Origin: an uncultured virus (IMG/VR IMGVR_UViG_3300030495_000024)
Taxonomy: Duplodnaviria; Heunggongvirae; Uroviricota; Caudoviricetes
Virus record (IMG/VR): IMGVR_UViG_3300030495_000024
Length of the DNA stretch: 64,000 nucleotides
Reading direction: 5' to 3' (one strand)
A program made the position numbers and the translations under genes. Position 1 is the stretch's first letter. Each line of letters starts with the position of its first letter. Positions 56,542-64,000 of this stretch are shown one piece after another. The notes under the pieces are model-generated. The model saw only the letters and a program-made list of their open reading frames with translations. It was not told the DNA's origin and made no database searches.

Positions 56542-57411
56542 TTAGGTCACCTTCTTGACACGCCGGCTCAAGGCCTTCCGCAGGGACTTGTCCAGGACTA
56601 TGGGGAGTCGATTGCTGATCCAGAAGATCAGGGTGTTCTGGAAGAAGGGACGATGGGTGCCATGCGGGTTCTCGAGCTTGTAGAGCAGGGGATGCTTGGG
56701 ATCGCGGTCCGGTGCGCCGACCTTCTTGAGGTATCGGACGAACAGGCTCTCGCTTCGAGCGCCCCCGTCACCATAGGCCCCCGGAAGCGATTGAGGGCTC
56801 ACGCCGGCCTTCTCCTTGCCGGACGCCTGGGCAAGGATGGAGAGTGACACGGTGACCTTCCGAGGACCTCGTCGCACGATGATCTTCGGGTCGACGAGCG
56901 AAGCCAGGGCAGGGCCGAAGTAGTCGAGGAGGACCTTGCGCAGGTTGCCGGTGTCCACGAAGAAGGTGTCCGGCTGGCCGGCAGAGACCGCGCCCCGGCG
57001 CCGCCGGCTCGACACCATCCGGCGGCGCTTGTTTTCCAGCGTTCGCTTGGTGAGAGCTACCCACTCGACGGTCGTCTTCCCCTTAAGGCGTGAGGAGGCG
57101 CTATCGGTCGAGGAGACCGCCGATGCCCGGCTGATGCCGTCGAGCGCCGTCGTGATGGTGCCGCTCGCCGGTGACCGGATCTTGGTGAAGACGCGGGCGG
57201 CCTGCGAACCGAAGCGATCGGCGTCTTGAGCAATGTCCCGGACGATGTCATCTCGAGCGGCGAAGATGCCTTCGGCGGTCCGCTCGACGCCTTTCTTCTC
57301 CGCCTGAGCACGCAGCAGCTCTACGCTCTTCGCGGCTACGAAGCTGGGGTCTTGGTCGACTGTGTTGGCGCGCCTACCGCCGACCCTGAACAGGAGGGTG
57401 AAGTCAGGCAC
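56542..57411 (-). CDS. Putative neck/tail completion protein
   Basis: VDTGNLR and HRPFF motifs; synteny. Confidence 0.5.
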   Translation of the reverse strand: MPDFTLLFRVGGRRANTVDQDPSFVAAKSVELLRAQAEKKGVERTAEGIFAARDDIVRDIAQDADRFGSQAARVFTKIRSPASGTITTALDGISRASAVSSTDSASSRLKGKTTVEWVALTKRTLENKRRRMVSSRRRRGAVSAGQPDTFFVDTGNLRKVLLDYFGPALASLVDPKIIVRRGPRKVTVSLSILAQASGKEKAGVSPQSLPGAYGDGGARSESLFVRYLKKVGAPDRDPKHPLLYKLENPHGTHRPFFQNTLIFWISNRLPIVLDKSLRKALSRRVKKVT

Positions 57412-57415
57412 GGCA

Positions 57416-57973
57416 TCACTCGATCTCGGCGATCGAGACCCCCAGCGCCGGGTTCAGCCGCTTCACGGTCTTGCCGTTCACGACGTCGCCAAGCTGCACG
57501 CGGGCGCCCGTGATCAGCCGCAGCCGGTCGGTGGGCACCCGCAGGCCCGGGTCCTCGTTGCCATGCGTGTAATTCTCGATCGACACCCAGATCGGTCCCA
57601 GCTCCACGAAAGCTCCCGCCGCCTGGGGGAGTCCGGTGACAGGGTTCATCGTGGCGCTAGCCCGCCGCTGCCAGGAGACCTCTGCGGTCATCTGGAACAG
57701 CACGAAGCAGCGCGACACGACATCGTCGTGGGCGAGAGGCAGCTCCCAATTACCGACGAGCATGATCCGGTTCGCTGGGTCCTGGAAAAGATCACGCGCC
57801 TTGACGGGCTCGCGCGGGCGCGTGCGCAGACCGAGCCGCGGTAGAACGAAGACGCTGGTCGGCAGGGCGGTCGGGTTGACCGGAAAAATGACGCCGCGAA
57901 AGCGGGTCGCCTTGCCGAGCTTCTTGAGCCAGATCTCATTCTGCGCCTGAAGACGCGACAGCAGCTTCGGCAC
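57416..57973 (-). CDS. Putative head closure protein
   Basis: Synteny. Confidence 0.5.
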   Translation of the reverse strand: MPKLLSRLQAQNEIWLKKLGKATRFRGVIFPVNPTALPTSVFVLPRLGLRTRPREPVKARDLFQDPANRIMLVGNWELPLAHDDVVSRCFVLFQMTAEVSWQRRASATMNPVTGLPQAAGAFVELGPIWVSIENYTHGNEDPGLRVPTDRLRLITGARVQLGDVVNGKTVKRLNPALGVSIAEIE

Positions 57974-57977
57974 GGGC

Positions 57978-58730
57978 TCAGCCCCCGATGCTGGTGGCGG
58001 GCGCGACGCCGGTGACCGGATCGGTCGTGACGATGCCGAGCTGCAGGGCCGGGATGGCTCCCACATCGGGTCCGACGTAGCCCATCTCGACGGCGATCCC
58101 GGTCAGCTCGTCGGCAGTCGCCGCCACCAGCGCATCGAAGGTGCCAGCCTCTTTTAACCGCTCGAACTTGAGGGTCCCGTCCGTCTTCGACTGCGCGATC
58201 CGGTATCGCAGGCCCGGGAAGAGCAGCTGAGCGGCCGACAGCACGACGGCGCGTGTGGCGCGCACCTCGGCCAACGTGCCAGACGTCAGCGCCGCCTCCA
58301 GGCGATCCTTCCCTACGAGGCCCTCGAGGACCAAGCCGGCCGCGAAAAGATCAACCTCGTCGTCGCGCAGCTCGTCCTCGTTGATGCCGAGGTAGGCTCG
58401 GACATCGTCCGGCACGACGCTGTGCAGGGGCAGCTCGACGACGCGGTAGGCGAGGCGCTTCTGGTAGCCACAGCCTTCGGCCGTGAAGGTCACCACGACC
58501 TGCCGGCGCTCGAAGCTACGATCCAACGCGATGGTCTGGTGAATGGCGAGGATGGGGATAGAGACCCCGGTGGCGTCCGCCTCCGGGGCCAGAGCCTGAG
58601 CGATGGTCAGTGGGGCACCCGCGCCATCATACAGGCTGTACTTGACCGAGCCGACGTCCGGGACCACCAGCCCCTGTGGCGCCTCGAAATCGACCCAGAG
58701 CGTCACGGGGGTTGAAGGTAGGACGTCCAC
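57978..58730 (-). CDS. Putative head-tail adaptor
   Basis: PDDVRAYLGINEDEL; synteny. Confidence 0.55.
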   Translation of the reverse strand: MDVLPSTPVTLWVDFEAPQGLVVPDVGSVKYSLYDGAGAPLTIAQALAPEADATGVSIPILAIHQTIALDRSFERRQVVVTFTAEGCGYQKRLAYRVVELPLHSVVPDDVRAYLGINEDELRDDEVDLFAAGLVLEGLVGKDRLEAALTSGTLAEVRATRAVVLSAAQLLFPGLRYRIAQSKTDGTLKFERLKEAGTFDALVAATADELTGIAVEMGYVGPDVGAIPALQLGIVTTDPVTGVAPATSIGG

Positions 58731-58733
58731 AGG

Positions 58734-59105
58734 TCACTCCTGCTTCGACGCTGCGGGGCTGGCCTGACGGCCCTTCTTCGGCGCGTTGTGCTCGACCTGC
58801 TTGGTCGAGGGCGGGACGGGCTTGCTCTCGGGCCGCCGGGCGCTCTCGGCGTCCACGGGGTAGCGATCCAGGAAGCTCGCGAGAGCCAGCTCCTCGTCAC
58901 CATCGCTGGCAGCGAGCGTCTCCAGCCATTCCGCATCCGTCGCCTCGTCGTTGACCTGAGCGTGAACCTCGACCTTCCCGAGCGAGATGAACTCGGACCA
59001 GTGCAGGGACTTCTCGACCACGGTGATGCCGTCAGCACGGACCAGCTCCTCGCGGGCCGAGTTCATGAGCTGGAACGGGCCGTTGGTACTGACTAGGATC
59101 TTCAT
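58734..59105 (-). CDS. Hypothetical protein after capsid gene
   Basis: GGAGGG RBS. Confidence 0.6.
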   Translation of the reverse strand: MKILVSTNGPFQLMNSAREELVRADGITVVEKSLHWSEFISLGKVEVHAQVNDEATDAEWLETLAASDGDEELALASFLDRYPVDAESARRPESKPVPPSTKQVEHNAPKKGRQASPAASKQE

Positions 59106-59121
59106 AGGTGCGACCCTCCGC

Positions 59122-59155
59122 GAAATAGTCCCGCCGCACACAACTGCGCGGCGGG
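59122..59155 (-). terminator. Probable terminator after major capsid gene
   Basis: CCCGCCGC/GCGGCGGG stem followed by ACTATTT on the minus strand. Confidence 0.5.
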
Positions 59156-59177
59156 TGCTCGAGACAGCGCCTACAAC

Positions 59178-60386
59178 TTACGCGTTGTAGTTGTAGATCT
59201 CGCGGGTGTCGCCGAAGACCAGGCGGAAGCCGGAGACCTCCGACTTGACGTAGGTGATCGACTGCTCCTGGATCGCGCGCTCGCTCTCGTTGATGAGCGA
59301 GCCCGCCTCCGTCAGCTGCTCCAGGGTCTCGGACCGGCGGATGCCGATGAGCTGTCCGGCCGGCGCCGTGGTGGAGAGCACGAAGTTGATCTGGCCGTTG
59401 AGCAGCGGCACACCACCGATGCGGAAGCCGGTCGCCGCGAGGTTCTCGGCGTCGGTCGTGGTCGCCGCGCCCGCGGTCGGCAGGGCGAACATGAACAGCC
59501 ACTGGATGTAGCTGTCCCAGTTGCCGACGACCGTGTCGATCGGGACACCGGCCTTGGCCCGCGACACGAGCCACTGCAGGAGGTGCAGGTAGGAGATCCG
59601 TCCGGCGGTCGCGTTCGGGACACCGGGCGTGCCGTTGAAGGACGACTGGGTCTTGACGACGGCGGCCGGGTTGACGGTGTCGCCGTTGACGAGCAGCTCC
59701 GTGGCGAGGCCGACCTTCGACAGCTCCAGCTCACGCATCATGCGCGCCGCATAGGGCGTGAGCAGGTCGAGGCGGGAGCGCCGCTGGAACTCGTAGGAGG
59801 TCCGGTAGCCGCCGCCGATCTTGTACATCTTGACGCGCTTCTCGCTCGTCGAGATGGACCCGATGCGGAACCGGCCGAACTCGGTGACCGGCCCGATGAC
59901 CTTGAAGTCGTCGGCGTTCTCGTCGTTGATGACCGTCGAGATCATCTCCACGCCGTTGATGGTCCGGCTGGAGCCGACGAGCGAGGGCAGGGTCTCGTAG
60001 TCGACCTGGCGCGAGGTCGAACGGATGAGGTCGTCCACGACCTCCGGGAACAGCGCCCGGGTGCCGGGGCTGTACTGGAAGGTGTCCGAGGCGAGGTCGA
60101 GGGTGACGCCGCTGTCGAAGTCGTCGCCGATCGGCAGGTTGAGGAACTTGAGCGCGGCCTCGTAGCCGTTCAGCTCCTCGTAGTTGTCGCGGTTCTCCGA
60201 CTTCGTCGGGTCGATGGCGAGCCGCAGGTAGTCGCGCATCTCCAGGCCGTAGGAGCGGGCGCTGGAGATCAGCTGCTTGCCGGCCCGGATCGAGCCGTCC
60301 TCGTCGTTGCGCAGCGCCAGACCGGCCAGAAGGCCCTCAGGGGACTGGCGAGCCGCGGCAAGCTCATGCAGGGGGCGGATGGTCAT
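59178..60386 (-). CDS. Major capsid protein
   Basis: 402 aa after scaffold and decoration genes; HK97-like KIGGGYRTSYE segment; strong codon bias. Confidence 0.8.
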   Translation of the reverse strand: MTIRPLHELAAARQSPEGLLAGLALRNDEDGSIRAGKQLISSARSYGLEMRDYLRLAIDPTKSENRDNYEELNGYEAALKFLNLPIGDDFDSGVTLDLASDTFQYSPGTRALFPEVVDDLIRSTSRQVDYETLPSLVGSSRTINGVEMISTVINDENADDFKVIGPVTEFGRFRIGSISTSEKRVKMYKIGGGYRTSYEFQRRSRLDLLTPYAARMMRELELSKVGLATELLVNGDTVNPAAVVKTQSSFNGTPGVPNATAGRISYLHLLQWLVSRAKAGVPIDTVVGNWDSYIQWLFMFALPTAGAATTTDAENLAATGFRIGGVPLLNGQINFVLSTTAPAGQLIGIRRSETLEQLTEAGSLINESERAIQEQSITYVKSEVSGFRLVFGDTREIYNYNA

Positions 60387-60412
60387 TGTCCCGTACTCCT
60401 CGGGCTGTTCTT

Positions 60413-60427
60413 GGTACGGAACGTACC
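60413..60427. promoter_or_regulatory. Palindrome family A (GGTACG-gaa-CGTACC) upstream of major capsid gene
   Basis: Exact consensus, followed on minus strand by CCCGAGGAG RBS. Confidence 0.8.
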
Positions 60428-60487
60428 ACTAGGGTTGAACACAGTTGTTGCGTTGGGCCGACCGAGTAACGACCCGGTCGGTATTGA

Positions 60488-60904
60488 TCAGAGCTTGACG
60501 ATGGACGCGTACTTCACGCCCTTGATCGTCAGAACCTCGGCGACGAAGACGCCGGGGCTGTTGCCCGCGACACCCTTCTTCACGAAGCCGTTACCGGCGC
60601 CGACCACGGGATCGCCCTGAGCGAGGGTGTCGTTGGCGAGGATCGGGACCAGCTCGGAGAACCGGAACTGGGCGGTGATCATGCCGCGATCCTCGTAGAC
60701 GTCGATGCGAGCCACGCTGCCGTGGATCTGGGCACCGTCCGTCAGGAGCTTCATCCCGCAGGGGACCGCCGGGTCCGGCTCCACGAGGCGGCCCAGAACG
60801 TCGGTCTTGCTGATGCCGTTGGGCAGCGTGAAGACCATCGTGCGGTTGAAGGGCTCGTTCTTGATCGAGTGGACGTGAACGGTCTTGTGGAAGGGGGCGG
60901 ACAT
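60488..60904 (-). CDS. Head decoration/cement protein
   Basis: Size, position, GDPVVGAGNGFVK. Confidence 0.6.
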   Translation of the reverse strand: MSAPFHKTVHVHSIKNEPFNRTMVFTLPNGISKTDVLGRLVEPDPAVPCGMKLLTDGAQIHGSVARIDVYEDRGMITAQFRFSELVPILANDTLAQGDPVVGAGNGFVKKGVAGNSPGVFVAEVLTIKGVKYASIVKL

Positions 60905-60953
60905 GGCCGTTGGCTCCTGTCAGATCGTGTTGCGGGGCGGCGGGAGCCGGCGC

Positions 60954-62114
60954 TTACGAGGCGCGCCGCTTGAAGCCGGCGTTGCTGTTGGAGCGGGCGG
61001 GCGCCGAGCCGAGCTGAGCGAGGCCGCCGGACAGCCGGGCGCCGATCGCCTTGACGCCGTCGAGCGCCTCGCGAACCTGCGTCACGGCCTTGTCCGGGTC
61101 GGCATCGAGCGTCGCGCTCGTCTGGCCGAGCATGGTGAAGAGCGGGGCGACGAGCTTGCCGGGGAGGGCGAGCGCGGCGTCGAGCTTGGTCTGGAGGTCG
61201 GTCGCCTTGGCCTCGGCGGCGGTGAGCTTCGCGGCCTGGTCCGAGCCCTTCAGCTCGGTCAGCTCCGACTGCGCCGCGGTGAGCTGCGTCTGCAGCGCGT
61301 CGGCGCGCTCCTTCTCGGTCTTCGCCGCGGCCTCGGCGTTGGCCAGCTTGGTCGCGTTCTCGGCGATGATGCCGGCGAAATCCTTGGCGTCCATGTCGAA
61401 TAGGTCCTTCTGCGGGTCGGTCTTGATCGGCGTCGGCGCCGCCGACCCGGTGGAAAGCTCGAGGGTCAGCTGGGGGACCTCCTGCCCTGAGGCCGAGAGC
61501 TGAAGCCGGTTGCCCTTGATGCGGGCACCCTGCGCGCCGCCCTGGCCGACCAGACTCATCTCAAACCAGCTGTCCAGTTCGTCGACAATCACATGCGCCC
61601 CGTCGTGGCCCATGCGGTTGCCCTTGTCGTCGACACCGCCCCAGATGTTCTCAATGTCAGCCTTCGGCCCCATGAAGTCGAAGCCGGTCTTGTTGGACTT
61701 CGCCGACTTGCCCAGGATCGCGACGCTCACCTGGTCGATGGTGCCCGAATTGACCTTCGCGATCAGATCCGAGTGGGTGTTGTCGATCCAGAACAGGGTC
61801 AGCAACTCGGTCGCGCCGTCGATCCCCGTTCCCTCGGAGATGTTGCCGGCGAAGACCCGCCCGATAGGGAGCTGATCTCCGTCCGAGCTGCCGTGCATGA
61901 TCTGCAGCGGCCGGCTCTCCTTGGTCAGCTCGCCCAGCATCTGGGCGAGGAAATTCGTCGTGTGGACCGCACCCATGTAGACCGGGTGCTTCTTGCGGAC
62001 GGGCGCCGTGGAAAGCGCCGCGGCCTCGAAAATCGCCACCTTCTCCGGGTCGACGTCCGGCGCCGCGGACTTGACGCGGGCCTTCAGTTCGTCGTTGAGG
62101 GTGAGCTGCTTCAC
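60954..62114 (-). CDS. Prohead protease/scaffold protein
   Basis: H...LPIGRV, VSVA, EMSLV..GG..GA protease-like motifs plus Ala-rich coiled coil. Confidence 0.7.
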   Translation of the reverse strand: MKQLTLNDELKARVKSAAPDVDPEKVAIFEAAALSTAPVRKKHPVYMGAVHTTNFLAQMLGELTKESRPLQIMHGSSDGDQLPIGRVFAGNISEGTGIDGATELLTLFWIDNTHSDLIAKVNSGTIDQVSVAILGKSAKSNKTGFDFMGPKADIENIWGGVDDKGNRMGHDGAHVIVDELDSWFEMSLVGQGGAQGARIKGNRLQLSASGQEVPQLTLELSTGSAAPTPIKTDPQKDLFDMDAKDFAGIIAENATKLANAEAAAKTEKERADALQTQLTAAQSELTELKGSDQAAKLTAAEAKATDLQTKLDAALALPGKLVAPLFTMLGQTSATLDADPDKAVTQVREALDGVKAIGARLSGGLAQLGSAPARSNSNAGFKRRAS

Positions 62115-62190
62115 AACAAGGGGTCCGTGTTGAGCTTGCAGCGAGATAGGAATAACCGCCTTATGCTTCAACACGACAGCAACGTACGTG

Positions 62191-62207
62191 CCCCTAACAA
62201 TTAGGGG
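62191..62207. promoter_or_regulatory. Palindrome family B (CCCCTA-acaat-TAGGGG), perfect
   Basis: Overlaps portal stop, upstream of protease/scaffold gene. Confidence 0.65.
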
Positions 62208-63775
62208 TCAGTACGTTGCTCCTCGATCATCTTGTAGGCTTGCCCGGTGAGACTTGCCATCGCCAGGCGTCGCGTCTGCCGGCGGTTGGCGGCCGTGGCG
62301 CGCGTGCGCGGCGGACTCGAGGCACGACCGACACTGTCCGTCTTCGGGCTGACGTCCTCGGGCTTCGCCTTGGTCGTGCCCGAGGTATCGCCGGCCGGCG
62401 CGCTCTCGATGGCCGACAAGAAACCGGTCCCTGAGAGCTGCGGAGCGCCCGGCGGCGGCAGTCGCTTGTAGACCCAGAGATGGTACTCGACGTCCGTGAT
62501 GAGGCCGTCCGAGAGGTCCTGGCGCAGGCGCTGCGAGCGAAGCGTGAGCTGCGGCTCGAGTTCGGTCCATGGGCGCAGCTCGGCAGGATCGAACTCGACG
62601 CGAGCGAAGCCCTGGTAGCCGTCCTGGTGCAGGACGAAGGAGAACATCCGACCGTAGAAGTCGGCCAGGGGCTCGTTCAGCTGGTCGGCGTAGAGAGCGG
62701 CCAGGCGCGCCTCGACGGAGCCCGTGTTCACGCCCGAGCTGCCTCGACCTAGGATCGTGCTCATGGTCTTGAGTGCGGCCTGGTTCTGGGCGTTCAGCAC
62801 CTCGATGATCGGCGTGATGTTGAGCGCCGTCCCCGGCGCCTTGTCATTGAGCATCTTCAGCTCGACGGCATCCGAGTGGACGAGGCTCTGGTCTACCGCG
62901 ATGTTGTCGAAGGCGGACTGGATCTCGCCGTAGCGCGCATTCAGCCAGTCCTGCTTCTCCTGCTCCCTGCCAGGCTGGCGATAGGTCGCCGGCATGTTCT
63001 TGGTCAGGATCTCCTCGAGCACCTTGATCTCGATGCGCGGATACCCGGTCGCGCGCATGATGCGGTAGAGGTCGTTGATGACCTGCTGTCGCGCGGCGAT
63101 GGTGTTGATCGCCGAGACGAACGGGGAGACGGTGTAGATCGCGGTGGGATCGCGCCGATAGAACGCCACCATGAAGGCGGGCGTGTCGATCGGGACAGGA
63201 TCCGAGACGCCGGGCACGACCTGGCCCGGCTTGTAGTCGCCGGGCTTCTTCTCGACCCAGCGGATGCCGGCCATGTCGACATTGCGAATATGGTCGGGTG
63301 TCCCGGCCTTATCGAAGACCAGCTCGCCCCCGATCGCGCCCCGCATCAGGAGCATGTAGCGAAGCTCTTCAGCCTGACGGTAGATGCCCTGCCGAAGCTG
63401 AAAGCCGAGGGTATAGTCCGTCTGGTGAGAGAGCTTCGTCACGAGCTGCTGCAGCTCGCGGCTCTTCTCCTCGTCGACATTGCCGTCCAGATCCTCGGCG
63501 TAGACGATCATCTGGGTGTCGGCGAGCGTCAGGTAGCCGTTCACGGTCCCGGACATGTCCGGGTCGTTCTGCATCATCTTCTTGATGAGGCTCTGGCTGT
63601 TGTCCGCCAGACGGTCCTGAAAGAGATCGTCCTGGTGGTCACGGTACTGCGGCAGCGTCAGGACCTGATCCGCGTTCTGCGGATTGTAGGTCGGCGTGTT
63701 CGCAGTACCGCCGGCACGCGCCTTCTTCTTGAAGGGTACGATCGCCAGCAGCTTCGATGCAAGATTGTCGGCCAC
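62201..63775 (-). CDS. Portal protein
   Basis: 524 aa between terminase and protease. Confidence 0.75.
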   Translation of the reverse strand: MADNLASKLLAIVPFKKKARAGGTANTPTYNPQNADQVLTLPQYRDHQDDLFQDRLADNSQSLIKKMMQNDPDMSGTVNGYLTLADTQMIVYAEDLDGNVDEEKSRELQQLVTKLSHQTDYTLGFQLRQGIYRQAEELRYMLLMRGAIGGELVFDKAGTPDHIRNVDMAGIRWVEKKPGDYKPGQVVPGVSDPVPIDTPAFMVAFYRRDPTAIYTVSPFVSAINTIAARQQVINDLYRIMRATGYPRIEIKVLEEILTKNMPATYRQPGREQEKQDWLNARYGEIQSAFDNIAVDQSLVHSDAVELKMLNDKAPGTALNITPIIEVLNAQNQAALKTMSTILGRGSSGVNTGSVEARLAALYADQLNEPLADFYGRMFSFVLHQDGYQGFARVEFDPAELRPWTELEPQLTLRSQRLRQDLSDGLITDVEYHLWVYKRLPPPGAPQLSGTGFLSAIESAPAGDTSGTTKAKPEDVSPKTDSVGRASSPPRTRATAANRRQTRRLAMASLTGQAYKMIEEQRTDP

Positions 63776-63999
63776 TAGCGTAGAACCCCGGCATGATCAG
63801 CGCCACGAAATATGGGTCGACCGACAGGCTGGAACAACCGTGAGCCGCCTCCTAAGAAAACAGAAGATCTTTGATCGGTCGAAAACTCGATGCCCGCACG
63901 CAGACGAACTGCCGTCTGCTGCAAAGCAGCGGCATGCAGAAAGTGATCATCTCCATTGATCTTGTTCCAGACCGGAGGCTCGTCGGGAGCCTCGATGCG
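63775..63999 (-). CDS. Terminase large subunit, C-terminal fragment (partial)
   Basis: My translation: ...VWNKINGDDHFLHAAA...; stop abuts portal start. Confidence 0.65.
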   Translation of the reverse strand, partial: RIEAPDEPPVWNKINGDDHFLHAAALQQTAVRLRAGIEFSTDQRSSVFLGGGSRLFQPVGRPIFRGADHAGVLR

Positions 64000-64000
64000 G

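Larger units (their letters stand above)
1..64000. mobile_element. Temperate tailed bacteriophage/prophage (siphovirus-like, lambda-like tail tip); extends beyond the window
   Basis: Integrase, replication and nucleotide-metabolism genes on +; portal, capsid, tail and lysis genes on -; no host housekeeping genes seen. Confidence 0.97.

Noticed and set aside
1359..60427. Family A repeats as a CRISPR array or REP elements
   Set aside because: Dispersed singly, only 15 bp, no regular spacers, no cas or RAYT gene seen

Overview
The window is a single GC-rich tailed-phage (siphovirus-like) genome segment, probably temperate. An alphaproteobacterial host is an inference from codon style and gene families. 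It opens exactly at a tyrosine integrase with a convergent AlpA-like excisionase. A ~31 kb plus-strand early/middle arm follows: small hypotheticals, rIIA/rIIB-like genes, a low-GC ParB-like gene, a Cys-rich Gp88-like gene, HTH regulators, SF2 helicase, 5'-3' exonuclease, family A DNA polymerase, ATP-dependent ligase, class II ribonucleotide reductase, ThyX, resolvase, SbcCD-like pair and three nucleotide hydrolases. A ~31 kb minus-strand late arm carries the terminase C-terminus, portal, protease/scaffold, capsid, lambda-like tail with a -1 frameshifted chaperone, the lysis cassette and an SGNH esterase. The most striking non-coding signal is a palindrome GGTACG-N3-CGTACC found by eye 16 times: 13 are just upstream of start codons, and 3 of those abut the ATG directly. 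A second palindrome, CCCCTA-N5-TA(G/T)GGG, occurs 3 times in the late arm; two copies lie upstream of ribbon-helix-helix-like genes. There is also a candidate ~220-nt structured RNA after the putative SSB gene. All product calls come from motif recognition by eye; no database searches were run.
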